Positions 48,299 to 58,263 of a DNA stretch of 64,000 bases are shown piece by piece. The notes under the pieces are model-generated. The model saw only the letters and a program-made list of their open reading frames with translations. It searched no databases and was not told the origin of the DNA. The stretch lies in NCBI GenBank assembly GCA_040387215.1, contig JAZKEG010000006.1, forward strand, positions 132,092 through 196,091, given 5' to 3'. Numbering within the stretch: the first letter of the stretch is position 1; each line of letters opens with the position of its first letter. This DNA is from Verrucomicrobiota bacterium. GTDB taxonomy: Bacteria > Verrucomicrobiota > Verrucomicrobiia > Verrucomicrobiales > Akkermansiaceae. Position numbers and translations under genes: made by a program.

Positions 48299-51200
48299 AT
48301 GTTCCGCCACCGTCGTTTGAGCTGCCGCCAGCTCTTGTGGGGATGCTTGTCATCCCTCGTTTTTCTATCAGCGATCTTCGTGGAGACTTCCCACGCGGCT
48401 CCACCCGGGCTGGATGCGCCGGAAGCGATAGGCCCCTTTCTCGACAACAAGTTTCCCACGAGGGAACCCGTTGGCCAAAACATCTGGTCCGTTCAGGAAA
48501 CTTACCTCGGCATCAACATCAACCTGCCGATGCATGTCATGCCTTACCCGGGCACCAACAAGCTGCTCAGCGTGGCGAAAGAAGGGCGTATCTTTTTGTT
48601 CAATGATGATGCTGCGGCGACGCAGTTGGACACCTTCCTCGATCTTCGCAGTTCGGTTTTTACCAACAGCGATTGCGGCATGACATGGTTGGTTTTTCAT
48701 CCAGAGTTTGGCCAAGTAGGATCGCCTAACGGCTCGTTCGTTTACATCACTTATAAATGGAAGCCGGTGATAGGCGGCAATGGCAGTGAGGCGTTTTGGC
48801 GGCTTTCCCGTTTCAGCGTTATCGAGCAAAACGGCAAGCCCGTCGCCGATCCGGCGAGCGAGCAGATCCTCATCCAGCAGTATGACCGCCAGCAATGGCA
48901 TGACAGCGGCTGCATGATGTTCGGTCCGGATGGGTATCTCTATGTGGGCATCGGCGATGAAGGTGGCGCGAACGATCAGTATGGCAACGGCCAGAAACTC
49001 GATGAGCGCTTGTTCTCTGGCATGCTGCGCATCGATGTGGACGAGAAGCCGGAAAGCCTGCCCGTGGTTCGCCAACCGACGCAGCTTCCCATGCCCGCAG
49101 GATGGCCGAACAGTTTCACCGCGCACTACAAGATCCCAGCGGACAATCCCTTCTATGATGCCGCGGGCGGACGCTTGGGTGAGTTTTATGCCATCGGATT
49201 GAGAAATCCCTATCGATTTTCGCGCGATCCAGTGAGTGGACAAACATGGATAGGCGATGTCGGCCAAGACTCACGCGAGGAAGTGGACATCTTGGTCGCG
49301 GGGGGGAACTACGGTTGGCCATTCCGCGAGGGCCGCATCGCTCGTCCGACCGGTCCGGCACCGGTGATTCCGTCGCCCATCGTCGGGAGTTTGCAGGAAC
49401 CGGTGTGGGATTCCCCGCATGGCGTGGACGGCTGCGTGGTCGGCGGTTTCGTCTATCGGGGCGCGGCGCATCCGTCGTTGGTCGGGAAGTTCATCTCCGT
49501 GGACAACGTGAACAGCCATATCCGGGCGCACGTGATGGAAGGCCACTACGGCGTCAACCAAATTCTAACGACGATGCCGAGCGGCAGCGTCTACAGCGGC
49601 ACTTCGACCATCGGCTGGGATGCTGCGGGCGAACCCATCTTCGTGAAGGTGAATGGCACAAACACACGCGGGCGCTTTTTCAAGCTGGCGAACACAGTGA
49701 TCCCGCCCACGGCCGAACCGCCTGCTCTGCTCTCGCAGACCGGCGCCTTTGCGGATCTTGCGACGCTGACGCCCTCGCCCGGAGTGATTCCCTACACCGT
49801 CAACGCGCCCCTGTGGTCGGATGGGGCGGAGAAACTGCGCTGGATCGCCCTTCCTAACAACGGCAGTCATGATAGCCCGGCGGAGAAGATATCCTTCGAG
49901 GCAGAAGGAAACTGGAATTTCCCCTCCGGCACGGTCATTATTAAGCATTTCGCGCTGCCGGTGGATGACAACGATCCCGCCATCCTGCGGCGGCTGGAAA
50001 CTCGTTTCATCATCATTCCCACCAGCGGCGAACCTTACGGACTGACCTACAAATGGCGCGAGGACGGCAGTGATGCGGACCTTTTGCCCGGCGGCCTCAG
50101 TGAGCAAATTAGCATCGCCGAGGTCGGCGGTGGCACTCGTGAACAAACGTGGGACTACCCGAGCAGGAGCGATTGTCGCGTCTGCCACAACGGCAACACG
50201 GGCCATGTGCTCGGTGTCCGCACGCATCAACTCAATGGCGATCTAACGTATCCGAAGACAGGGCGCACGGCGAACCAACTGGAGACGCTCGGCGCGCTGG
50301 GGTGGTTCGACAACGCCTTCCGTGCCGACCTCGTGCCATGGATGCTGCAAAGCCAGCCGCTCACGGAGAATTCGGCCAGCCTAACTGAAAGAGTGCGTTC
50401 CTACCTCGATTCCAACTGCTCGCAGTGCCACCGACCGGGCGGCGTGCGGGCCTTCTTCGACGCCCGTTTCACCACACCGCTTGATGAACAGGGCATCATC
50501 CACGGTGCTTTGGAGAACGATCTGGGAGATGGCGAGAATCGTCTCATCGCACCAGGATCGACGGAGCATTCGGTGATGTTGCAACGCATTGGCGCGCTGT
50601 CGCAGCTCAAGATGCCGCCGCTCGCGAAGCACTTGGTGGATCCGACGGCGATGCAGGTTTTCACCGAATGGATCAACAGCCTGGACGGCGGTCCTGCCGT
50701 GGGGTTGACGACTTCTTCACCGCCCAATGGGCCATTCGACCTTGCAGTTCATTTTTCGCAGCCGGTCACCGGGCTAACTGTTTCTGATTTTACCATCACC
50801 GGCGCGACGGCATCTTCTCTGACTGGAAGTGGTGCGGACTATGTGTTGTCCATCACCCCGGCCGGTTTTGGAGAGGTCACGGTGAAGCTGCCGGCGGATC
50901 GCGTGGAGAATGGAGCCGCCCTCGGCAACTATGCTTCTGCCTTATTTTCCGTGGACATCACCGACTCTAGCCTCGTCGCTTGGTTGAAACTCGACGACGC
51001 AGCCGGTTCGCTGGCGGCGGACAGCTCGTCCTTCGGAAATCATGGCGGGACCCTGGTCGGGATGTCGCCTTCCAATTGGGTGAGCGGTCATTTCGGCGGC
51101 GCGTTGCAGTTCAATGCGACGGGCCAGCGAGTGACCATGGACAATGTCATCGGCGCAGATTTCTCGGTGTCGTTCTGGATGAAATCGACCATGGCATTTC

Positions 51201-52024
51201 CTTACACCAACTCCCCATTCGCTGGCGCGGCGTTTTTCTATGCGGACATGCCAGGGGCGAGTAACGACTTCAGCATCGGTGGGACACGAAGTATCGGCGG
51301 GCTTAATCGCATCAGTTTCCAAACGAGTAAGCTCGGTGCATCCAACATCACACTCCACAGCACCATCCCGGTCACCGACGGCCAGTGGCACCACATCGTC
51401 GTGACTCGCTCGCAGCTCGGCCTCGATATGAAGATTTATGTCGATGGCTTGCTCAATGTCACGGCACCCGGCACCGACGCGATCCTCAACGGCAATCCCG
51501 TGATCGCCATCGGCAGTGCTCCCGGGGTCGCCACGACGCTCTACAACGGCATGCTCGATGAAATACGGCTTTACACCACGGTGTTGGGTGAGGCGGAGGT
51601 CACCGCGTTGGCTGCTGGCCCGCCGCCGGCGTCTCCTTACAACCAGTGGGTGGACTCTTGGCTGCCGGGTCTCTATCATCTCCAAGCGCCCGACACGGAT
51701 ATCGAGGGGGATGGTCTAACGAATTTTGGCGAGTTTGCCTTCGGCGGTGACCCGGTGGTTTGGGACGTCATTCCGGTTCCGCTGGAGCGCGCGGAGGACG
51801 GCAGTGTGACCCTGCAGTATCGAGCGCGTAAGGCAGCGGTTGGGGCGGTCTATCAGATCGAGGTTTCCGGGACACTGGGAAATTGGTTGGACGCAACGCC
51901 AGACATCACTTCCACGACGGTCACGGAAATTCCAGGAACCGACTACGCATGGGTCACGGTGGTTTACATGCCTCCGCTGGCGTCGCCGGAGAGCCTGTTT
52001 TTCCGAGTGCGGGCGAGTCCGTGA
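48299..52024 (+). CDS. Secreted PQQ-type glucose/sorbosone dehydrogenase propeller + two c-type heme sites + Ig-like + LamG + C-terminal domain
   Basis: FGPDGYLY, GLRNPYR, GDVG, GGNYGWP; LWSDGA.K.RW; CRVCH, CSQCH; FSQPVTGL; DGQWHH, GMLDEIRLY; DGLTN.GEF..G.DP and FFRV tail. Confidence 0.82.
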   Translation: MFRHRRLSCRQLLWGCLSSLVFLSAIFVETSHAAPPGLDAPEAIGPFLDNKFPTREPVGQNIWSVQETYLGININLPMHVMPYPGTNKLLSVAKEGRIFLFNDDAAATQLDTFLDLRSSVFTNSDCGMTWLVFHPEFGQVGSPNGSFVYITYKWKPVIGGNGSEAFWRLSRFSVIEQNGKPVADPASEQILIQQYDRQQWHDSGCMMFGPDGYLYVGIGDEGGANDQYGNGQKLDERLFSGMLRIDVDEKPESLPVVRQPTQLPMPAGWPNSFTAHYKIPADNPFYDAAGGRLGEFYAIGLRNPYRFSRDPVSGQTWIGDVGQDSREEVDILVAGGNYGWPFREGRIARPTGPAPVIPSPIVGSLQEPVWDSPHGVDGCVVGGFVYRGAAHPSLVGKFISVDNVNSHIRAHVMEGHYGVNQILTTMPSGSVYSGTSTIGWDAAGEPIFVKVNGTNTRGRFFKLANTVIPPTAEPPALLSQTGAFADLATLTPSPGVIPYTVNAPLWSDGAEKLRWIALPNNGSHDSPAEKISFEAEGNWNFPSGTVIIKHFALPVDDNDPAILRRLETRFIIIPTSGEPYGLTYKWREDGSDADLLPGGLSEQISIAEVGGGTREQTWDYPSRSDCRVCHNGNTGHVLGVRTHQLNGDLTYPKTGRTANQLETLGALGWFDNAFRADLVPWMLQSQPLTENSASLTERVRSYLDSNCSQCHRPGGVRAFFDARFTTPLDEQGIIHGALENDLGDGENRLIAPGSTEHSVMLQRIGALSQLKMPPLAKHLVDPTAMQVFTEWINSLDGGPAVGLTTSSPPNGPFDLAVHFSQPVTGLTVSDFTITGATASSLTGSGADYVLSITPAGFGEVTVKLPADRVENGAALGNYASALFSVDITDSSLVAWLKLDDAAGSLAADSSSFGNHGGTLVGMSPSNWVSGHFGGALQFNATGQRVTMDNVIGADFSVSFWMKSTMAFPYTNSPFAGAAFFYADMPGASNDFSIGGTRSIGGLNRISFQTSKLGASNITLHSTIPVTDGQWHHIVVTRSQLGLDMKIYVDGLLNVTAPGTDAILNGNPVIAIGSAPGVATTLYNGMLDEIRLYTTVLGEAEVTALAAGPPPASPYNQWVDSWLPGLYHLQAPDTDIEGDGLTNFGEFAFGGDPVVWDVIPVPLERAEDGSVTLQYRARKAAVGAVYQIEVSGTLGNWLDATPDITSTTVTEIPGTDYAWVTVVYMPPLASPESLFFRVRASP

Positions 52025-52111
52025 CAGGGCGGTAAGACGACTCAGGCATAACCCATTTGGGAGGGGGATGATCTGACAACAAGCCGCGACAGAAACGGTA
52101 TCATCCGGCCG

Positions 52112-54943
52112 ATGTCGAAGCTGTTCTTTCCATGGCTCGTTGCCCCATTTGCGCTCTCAGCGGTGGCGGAGGAGCGTGTCGATTTCAACCGCGACATCCG
52201 ACCAATCCTTACCAAGGAATGCACCGCGTGTCATGGCGGGGTGAAGGCTGCGGGAAACCTCTCATTCATCGATCAGGGCAAGGCGCTGGGAATCGCAAAA
52301 TCGGGAGAGCGTCCCATCGTCCCCGGAGATGCCGCCGCGTCGGAGATGGTAAAGCGAATGCGGAGCAAGGATGCGGATGAAGTGATGCCGCAGCCGAAGC
52401 ATGGTCCCGCGTTGCCGGAAGCGCAGATCCGGTTGATCGAGCGTTGGATTTCGCAAGGCGCGGAGTGGCAAGAGCACTGGGCATTCCGCTTGCCGCAAGA
52501 ACCGGATAGACCGGTTGTGACGGATGAGACGTGGCCGTCGGTGGAGCTGGATCGGTTCATCCTCAAGCGGCTTGAGCTGGAGAATCTCAAACCCTCGCCC
52601 GAGGCTGCGCCAGCCGAGTGGCTGCGGCGTGTGTCGTTTGACCTAACGGGATTGCCGCCCTCGCCGGAGGAACTCACCGCTTATCAAAAAGCATTTGGAG
52701 AAGACGCTGCGGCCGCGCGGGGCGCGGTGGTGGATCGCTTGCTCGCGTCGCCGCATTTTGGTGAGCGCTGGGCGGCCGTTTGGCTGGATCTTGCTCGCTA
52801 TTCGGACACCTATGGATTTGAAAAGGATCCTAACCGAACAATCTGGCCTTACCGAGATTGGGTCATCCGCGCGTTCAACAAAGATCTGCCGTATGACGAT
52901 TTTGTCGTCGCCCAACTCGCTGGCGATCTACTTCCTGAAGCCTCCGCTGAGCAACGACTGGCCACCGCATTTCACCGCAACACCCAAACCAACACCGAAG
53001 GCGGCACGGATGATGAAGAGTTTCGCCTTGCCGCGGTCATCGACCGCGTCAGCACCACGTGGACCGCGTTCCAAGCGACGACCTTTGGTTGCGTCCAGTG
53101 CCATGCCCATCCTTATGATCCCATCGAGCATGATGAGTTCTATCAATTTCTAGCATTCTTCAACAGCACGACCGACAGCGATCTGGATGACGATTCTCCC
53201 CGCATGAAAATCGCCGAGGATCCCGCGCAATCCAAGGAGGCATCTGCGTTGGAACTCAAGCTAGCGATCCTGCGCGAGCAGCTCAATGCGCCCGGCCACC
53301 ATCTCGCCGTGGCTGCGGATTGGACCCCGTTTACCCCGGACAGCTTCACGCCGCAACATGGCACACTCGCTCTATCCGCCGATGGCACAGTTCGCTCCAG
53401 CGGCACCTTGCCTGTCGGAACGGTTCACCGGGTGACCGGTCCTGCGACGGATTTCACCGCGCTGCGTTTGAGGATTTTGCCGGAGAGCGATGACGCGAAG
53501 CTGTGGCCGGAGCGTGGATCATTTGTTAGCAGGTTGGAGGTGAAGTTGGTTGATGCTGCGGGAAAATCCACCGCTGTGCCGATGAAGGAAGTTTTCGTGG
53601 ACCGCTTTGGCGATTTGAAGGAAGCCGGACCGGGAGGAAATGTCGGCGGCTATCCGAAACTCGAAGGGCCGCGATGGTTTGTGTTTGTGCCGAAATCTCC
53701 AGTGACAGCGAGCCCAGGTTCCCGCATCGAAGTTTCCCTGAAGCAAAGCGGCGAGACAGGAGGCCATCAGGCGACACCGGTCCGGCGATTCGCGATTGAT
53801 TTATCTAACGAAGTCGCATGGACAACGTTGGTGAACGATGAAGAGAGAGTGTCTGCTTGGAAATCGCGCGGAGATCTCGCGAAACGCTATGCTGAGATTC
53901 AGGGCACCATGGTGCCGGTGATGGTCGAGCGTCCGCCGCGCGAAACGCGTGTCTTCTCGCGTGGCAATCGCATGACCAAGGATAAGATCGTTTCCACCGG
54001 AGTGCCCAAGGTGTTGGGTGGCGCAGCCAAGGAGAGCATGACGCGGCTCGACATGGCGCGCTGGATTGCCAGTGAGGAAAATCCTCTAACGGCGCGAGTG
54101 ATGGTCAATCGCCTGTGGGGCGAACTTTTCGGTCTAGGGTTGGTGGAGACGATGGAAGACTTCGGCACGTCGGGCACACCGCCGATCCATCCGGAGCTGT
54201 TGGATCATCTCGCGTTGCGATTTCAGGGGGATTTCAAATGGTCGATCAAGGCGATGCTGAGGGAGTTGGTGGTCTCGTCCACCTACCGACAGACGCATCA
54301 TGCGGCAGCGGATTTGGTGGAAAAGGACAGCGACAACAGGCTGTTAGCGCGTGGACCACGCAATCGCTTATCGGCAGAAATGATACGCGATCAGTCGCTT
54401 GCGGTGGCAGGCTTGCTTTCTCCAAAAATGTTCGGCCCATCGGTCTATCCGCCACAACCGGCGGGCGTGTGGAGCACGGTTTACAATGGGGCGAAATGGA
54501 AAGAATCGACAGGCGAAGACCGCTACCGTCGTGCGGTTTACACCTATTCGAAGCGCACCAGCGGCTATCCGGGATTCCTCACCTTCGATGCACCGAGCCG
54601 CGACCTTTGCAGTGCGCGACGGCTGGTGAGCAATACCCCGTTGCAGGCACTCGTCACGCTCAACGACCCGGCCCACATCGAGGCGTCGCGGGCCATGGCT
54701 GGACGCATGGCAGCGCATTCGCCTGACCTCCGCGAGCAGCTTGCGTTCGGTGTTTTGTTAGCGACTCAGCAGCTCGCCTCGGCGGAAATGCTCGACGAGC
54801 TTGCGGCACTGTTGGCCGACGCGACGGCGGACTACCAAGCGACTCCCGCAGAATCTGCGAAACTCGGTGAAACTCCGGCCGCCGCTGCATTGGTGCTGGT
54901 GGCCAACACCCTCCTCAACCTCGACTCCGCGCTGACCCGATGA
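52112..54943 (+). CDS. Planctomycete-type cytochrome c protein (PSCyt1/DUF1549/DUF1553-PSD1)
   Basis: VDFNRDIRPIL..CTACH, GERWA..WLDLARY.D, CVQCH.HPYDP, NPLTARVMVNRLW, NTPLQAL..LND. Confidence 0.9.
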   Translation: MSKLFFPWLVAPFALSAVAEERVDFNRDIRPILTKECTACHGGVKAAGNLSFIDQGKALGIAKSGERPIVPGDAAASEMVKRMRSKDADEVMPQPKHGPALPEAQIRLIERWISQGAEWQEHWAFRLPQEPDRPVVTDETWPSVELDRFILKRLELENLKPSPEAAPAEWLRRVSFDLTGLPPSPEELTAYQKAFGEDAAAARGAVVDRLLASPHFGERWAAVWLDLARYSDTYGFEKDPNRTIWPYRDWVIRAFNKDLPYDDFVVAQLAGDLLPEASAEQRLATAFHRNTQTNTEGGTDDEEFRLAAVIDRVSTTWTAFQATTFGCVQCHAHPYDPIEHDEFYQFLAFFNSTTDSDLDDDSPRMKIAEDPAQSKEASALELKLAILREQLNAPGHHLAVAADWTPFTPDSFTPQHGTLALSADGTVRSSGTLPVGTVHRVTGPATDFTALRLRILPESDDAKLWPERGSFVSRLEVKLVDAAGKSTAVPMKEVFVDRFGDLKEAGPGGNVGGYPKLEGPRWFVFVPKSPVTASPGSRIEVSLKQSGETGGHQATPVRRFAIDLSNEVAWTTLVNDEERVSAWKSRGDLAKRYAEIQGTMVPVMVERPPRETRVFSRGNRMTKDKIVSTGVPKVLGGAAKESMTRLDMARWIASEENPLTARVMVNRLWGELFGLGLVETMEDFGTSGTPPIHPELLDHLALRFQGDFKWSIKAMLRELVVSSTYRQTHHAAADLVEKDSDNRLLARGPRNRLSAEMIRDQSLAVAGLLSPKMFGPSVYPPQPAGVWSTVYNGAKWKESTGEDRYRRAVYTYSKRTSGYPGFLTFDAPSRDLCSARRLVSNTPLQALVTLNDPAHIEASRAMAGRMAAHSPDLREQLAFGVLLATQQLASAEMLDELAALLADATADYQATPAESAKLGETPAAAALVLVANTLLNLDSALTR

Positions 54944-56430
54944 ATCCCGAACACTTTGCCCGGCTGCAACACAAGCAGCTCCAGCACCTGACCCGCCGCC
55001 ATTTCCTCTCGAAATGCAGCACGGGTCTCGGAGCCATGTGGTTGGCCGGTGCCGCAGGCCGCTCTTGGGGATCATCCGGGACGTTAGGAAAAGACCGCGC
55101 GGCTCCGTTGGCACCCGCCTCTCCGGAGTTCGTTGCCAAGGCGAAGCGCGTGATCTATCTGCACATGGCGGGCGCGCCGTCACAGCACGAGCTGTTTGAT
55201 TACAAACCGGACTTGGTGAAATTGAACGGCAAGGATTGCCCAAAAGAATTTCTGGAAGGCAAGCAGTTTGCCTTCATTCAGGGGGTTCCTAAAATGTTAG
55301 GTCCGCAGTTCAAGTTTAGCCAACACGGCGAGTCGGGAGCTTGGTTGTCTGATCGCTTGCCGCATTTTTCCTCCGTGGTGGACGACGTGTGCTTCGTGAA
55401 ATCGATGCACACCGATCAGTTCAACCACGGCCCGGCGCAGCTGCTGGTGCATACCGGTTCGCAAAATTTAGGAGCTCCGTCTATCGGGGCTTGGGCCACC
55501 TACGGGCTGGGTTCGGAAAATAACAACTTGCCAGGCTTCATCGTGCTCACGTCCGGCGGCAAGAATCCGGATGCAGGGAAATCGGTGTGGGGATCGGGTT
55601 ACTTGCCATCCGTCTATCAGGGCGTGCAGTGCCGATCCGAGGGCGATCCGGTGCTCTATCTGGGCGACCCGGACGGGATTTCTCGCTCCCTTCGGCGGCG
55701 CTCGCTCGACACGCTGGACCGCCTCAACCGCAAGATCGCGAAGGAAACCGGAGATCCGGAAACCGTCACCCGCATTGCCCAGTATGAAATGGCTTTTCGC
55801 ATGCAGATGAGCGTTACCGACGCGTTCGATCTGAAGCAGGAAAGCGCAGCCACGCATCATCTTTACGGCACGCAGCCGGGCAAGGAATCGTTCGCTAACA
55901 ATTGCCTGTTAGCTCGTCGGCTCGCAGAGCGCGGCGTTCGTTACATCCAGCTGTTCCATTGGGGTTGGGACTCGCACGGTTCCGCCGCCAGCGAAGCGCT
56001 CAACAAAGGCTTTTCGGATCGATGCAAGGAAGTGGATCAGCCGATGACCGCGCTGCTCAAGGATCTCAAGCAGCGGGGTTTGTTGGAAGACACGCTCGTC
56101 GTGTGGGGAGGAGAGTTTGGCCGCACACCGATGCAGGAAAACCGCGGCGGCGTGGAAAGCCCTTTCGTCGGTCGCGATCACAACCCGGGTGCCTTCACGA
56201 TCTGGATGGCCGGCGGCGGCGTGAAGCCGGGCATTTCCTACGGTGAGACCGATCCGATCGGCTATGAGGCGATCAGCGACCGCGTTTCCGTCCACGACTT
56301 GCACGCGACGATGCTGCACCTGATGGGATTCGATCATGAAAAACTCACCTATCCGTCGCAAGGAGCGCCGCAGCGCCTCACCAACATCACCAAGCCGGGA
56401 AGCAAGCTGGTGGAGGGGATATTGGCGTGA
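54940..56430 (+). CDS. DUF1501 protein with Tat signal
   Basis: TRRHFL, AKRVIYLHMAGAPSQ, CLLARRL.ERGVR, GWDSH, GEFGRTP, GRDH, HDLHAT; ATGA overlap. Confidence 0.92.
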   Translation: MNPEHFARLQHKQLQHLTRRHFLSKCSTGLGAMWLAGAAGRSWGSSGTLGKDRAAPLAPASPEFVAKAKRVIYLHMAGAPSQHELFDYKPDLVKLNGKDCPKEFLEGKQFAFIQGVPKMLGPQFKFSQHGESGAWLSDRLPHFSSVVDDVCFVKSMHTDQFNHGPAQLLVHTGSQNLGAPSIGAWATYGLGSENNNLPGFIVLTSGGKNPDAGKSVWGSGYLPSVYQGVQCRSEGDPVLYLGDPDGISRSLRRRSLDTLDRLNRKIAKETGDPETVTRIAQYEMAFRMQMSVTDAFDLKQESAATHHLYGTQPGKESFANNCLLARRLAERGVRYIQLFHWGWDSHGSAASEALNKGFSDRCKEVDQPMTALLKDLKQRGLLEDTLVVWGGEFGRTPMQENRGGVESPFVGRDHNPGAFTIWMAGGGVKPGISYGETDPIGYEAISDRVSVHDLHATMLHLMGFDHEKLTYPSQGAPQRLTNITKPGSKLVEGILA

Positions 56431-56482
56431 TGCTCGGATGAGAGGTTTTGAGTCTTTTCTTGGCGATCTGCGGGCGGGGTGT

Positions 56483-56755
56483 TCTGAGCTGCGTGGGGGC
56501 GGTGATTTGCTGCGGCATCGCAGGTCGAAGGTGGGGGGGGCGGGTTGGAGCTGCGGCGGCGCAGCTCGGAGGTGCGACGGCGGAGCTCGGAAGTGCGGCG
56601 ACGCAGTTCGGAGGTGCGACGGCGGAGCTCGGAGGTGCGGCCGTGCGGGTAAAAGCTCCGGCATCGCGGTTCCGAGGTGGGGTGGGGGGCGTCGGAGGTG
56701 GGTACCCCCACTTCGGAAGTGGGGACCCCCACTCCCGAGGTGGGGGTGCTTTGGC
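56483..56755. repeat. Degenerate 21-bp tandem repeat array
   Basis: Units such as CGGAGGTGCGACGGCGGAGCT; ten in register starting 56546, 56567, 56588 ... 56735, plus more diverged units upstream. Confidence 0.8.
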
Positions 56756-56843
56756 GGGGAGCCGCGCAAAAATGGCTGTGCAAGGCGCTCAACAAGGGGT
56801 TTTGCGGCCGCTGCAAGCTGGTGGAGGGGATTCTTGCGTGAGA

Positions 56844-57458
56844 TCAGCGTTGGCGGAACCAACCGGTGATGCTCATGCGCGTTTTGAGCGCTGGGAGCAC
56901 TTCGTGCCAATGGTCGCCCGCCATGAACATGACCAGGGTGCCCATGCGCGGCTCGATGAGATCGAACGCGCCGTCCTTGTCGCCGGGCGTGGTCCAGAGC
57001 CGCAGCTCGCCACCATCGCCGGGTTGCCAATCGGGATTCAGATAGAGGATCACCGTGACGATGCGATCTTGAGTGCCGCTGTGCCGATCCAAATGCGGTT
57101 TGTAGAAGGCACCGACTGGATAGATGGCGAAGTGTCCCTCAAACCCGAACAAGCCGAGGAAGAAGCGTTGGTTGAGCGCGAGGCGGAGAGTTTCTAACCA
57201 ATCGAGATAGCGCGTTTGCTCTAGGCTCAATTCGCCCGGCTGCAGCCACATCACGCGGTCACGGCGAATGTCTTCACGGATGACGCGCTCCGCGCCGCGA
57301 CCGACCCCGGCCTGGTGGAAATCGCCGTTTTCAAATGCTTCTCGGCATTCTTCCATCAAGAGTGACGCATCCTCGCGTCCGGAAAAATCCGTCATCACCG
57401 CCCAGCCGCAGACGTCCAGTTGATCGATGAAGCCCTTCACTGAATTGAAGAGCGTCAT
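56844..57458 (-). CDS. 2OG-Fe(II) oxygenase (prolyl 4-hydroxylase/SM-20-like)
   Basis: IRRDRVMW, YKPHLD, VILYLN..W...DGGEL, HEV, RMSITGWF; start corrected to 57458. Confidence 0.9.
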   Translation of the reverse strand: MTLFNSVKGFIDQLDVCGWAVMTDFSGREDASLLMEECREAFENGDFHQAGVGRGAERVIREDIRRDRVMWLQPGELSLEQTRYLDWLETLRLALNQRFFLGLFGFEGHFAIYPVGAFYKPHLDRHSGTQDRIVTVILYLNPDWQPGDGGELRLWTTPGDKDGAFDLIEPRMGTLVMFMAGDHWHEVLPALKTRMSITGWFRQR

Positions 57459-57677
57459 TCCCAAGCGGCGGGCGAGACAATTCACTGCGACGGAACGCGG
57501 AATTTTAATCCCAATGCGAAGGGTGGGTCCGTAACGGAACGCGGAGTCGCTGAGGTCGCGGAGGAAATGGTCGCGTCTATGACCGAGCAAAACGCAGGAC
57601 ATGAGGAGTCACGAGCCTCATGGCGTGGGGCCGGTGGCGTAAGTGAAGACACCACCAAAGTGTGGTGACTTCGCTCT

Positions 57678-58238
57678 CTAATTGCCGGCGGCGATGGCGA
57701 CGATGCCGAGCGCCACGATCAAGATCAGTATCAGGACCAAGATTCCCAGGATGATCCAGACGATCTTTGGTGTCCGGTATTTGATGTGGGGCGTGGCGGC
57801 GATGATCTCCTTGTATTCGGGGGAAAACACCATCTTCCCTTTCTTGCCGAGAACCAGATAGAGGATGTAAGCGCTGATCAACGTTCCGATTGGAAATCCT
57901 ATCAATCCGATAGTGGACAGTATGCCGACGCCGATGCGCGACCATGGTTTCAGTTTTCTGACGGCAGCACCGAGGAAGAACTGGAAGATGCCTAGGATGA
58001 GGAAGAGAATGTAGGCTGCTTGTTCTCCCAAGCCGGTGACTCCTTCGGTCACCGGTGCGGTTGTTAGTGCGGCAATGCTCCCAAAAAGGAGGAACACGCC
58101 TCCCAGAAAATAAAGGATGCCGAGAGATTTGATCGAGGCCTCGGTCTTGATGTGTTCCTTGCGAATGACCTCCGCGTCTGAATCAAGGGCGGGAGGGGAG
58201 TCGAAAACTTGTGAAGCCACGTAGGGATTCTCGGACAT
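57678..58238 (-). CDS. Hypothetical membrane protein
   Basis: ENPY N-terminus, 4-5 TM segments, FPIGTLIS. Confidence 0.7.
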   Translation of the reverse strand: MSENPYVASQVFDSPPALDSDAEVIRKEHIKTEASIKSLGILYFLGGVFLLFGSIAALTTAPVTEGVTGLGEQAAYILFLILGIFQFFLGAAVRKLKPWSRIGVGILSTIGLIGFPIGTLISAYILYLVLGKKGKMVFSPEYKEIIAATPHIKYRTPKIVWIILGILVLILILIVALGIVAIAAGN

Positions 58239-58263
58239 GAATCGATGGGTTGAGTGGGTGAAA

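Noticed and set aside
56483-56755. CRISPR array
   Set aside because: Contiguous degenerate units without unique spacers; no cas genes
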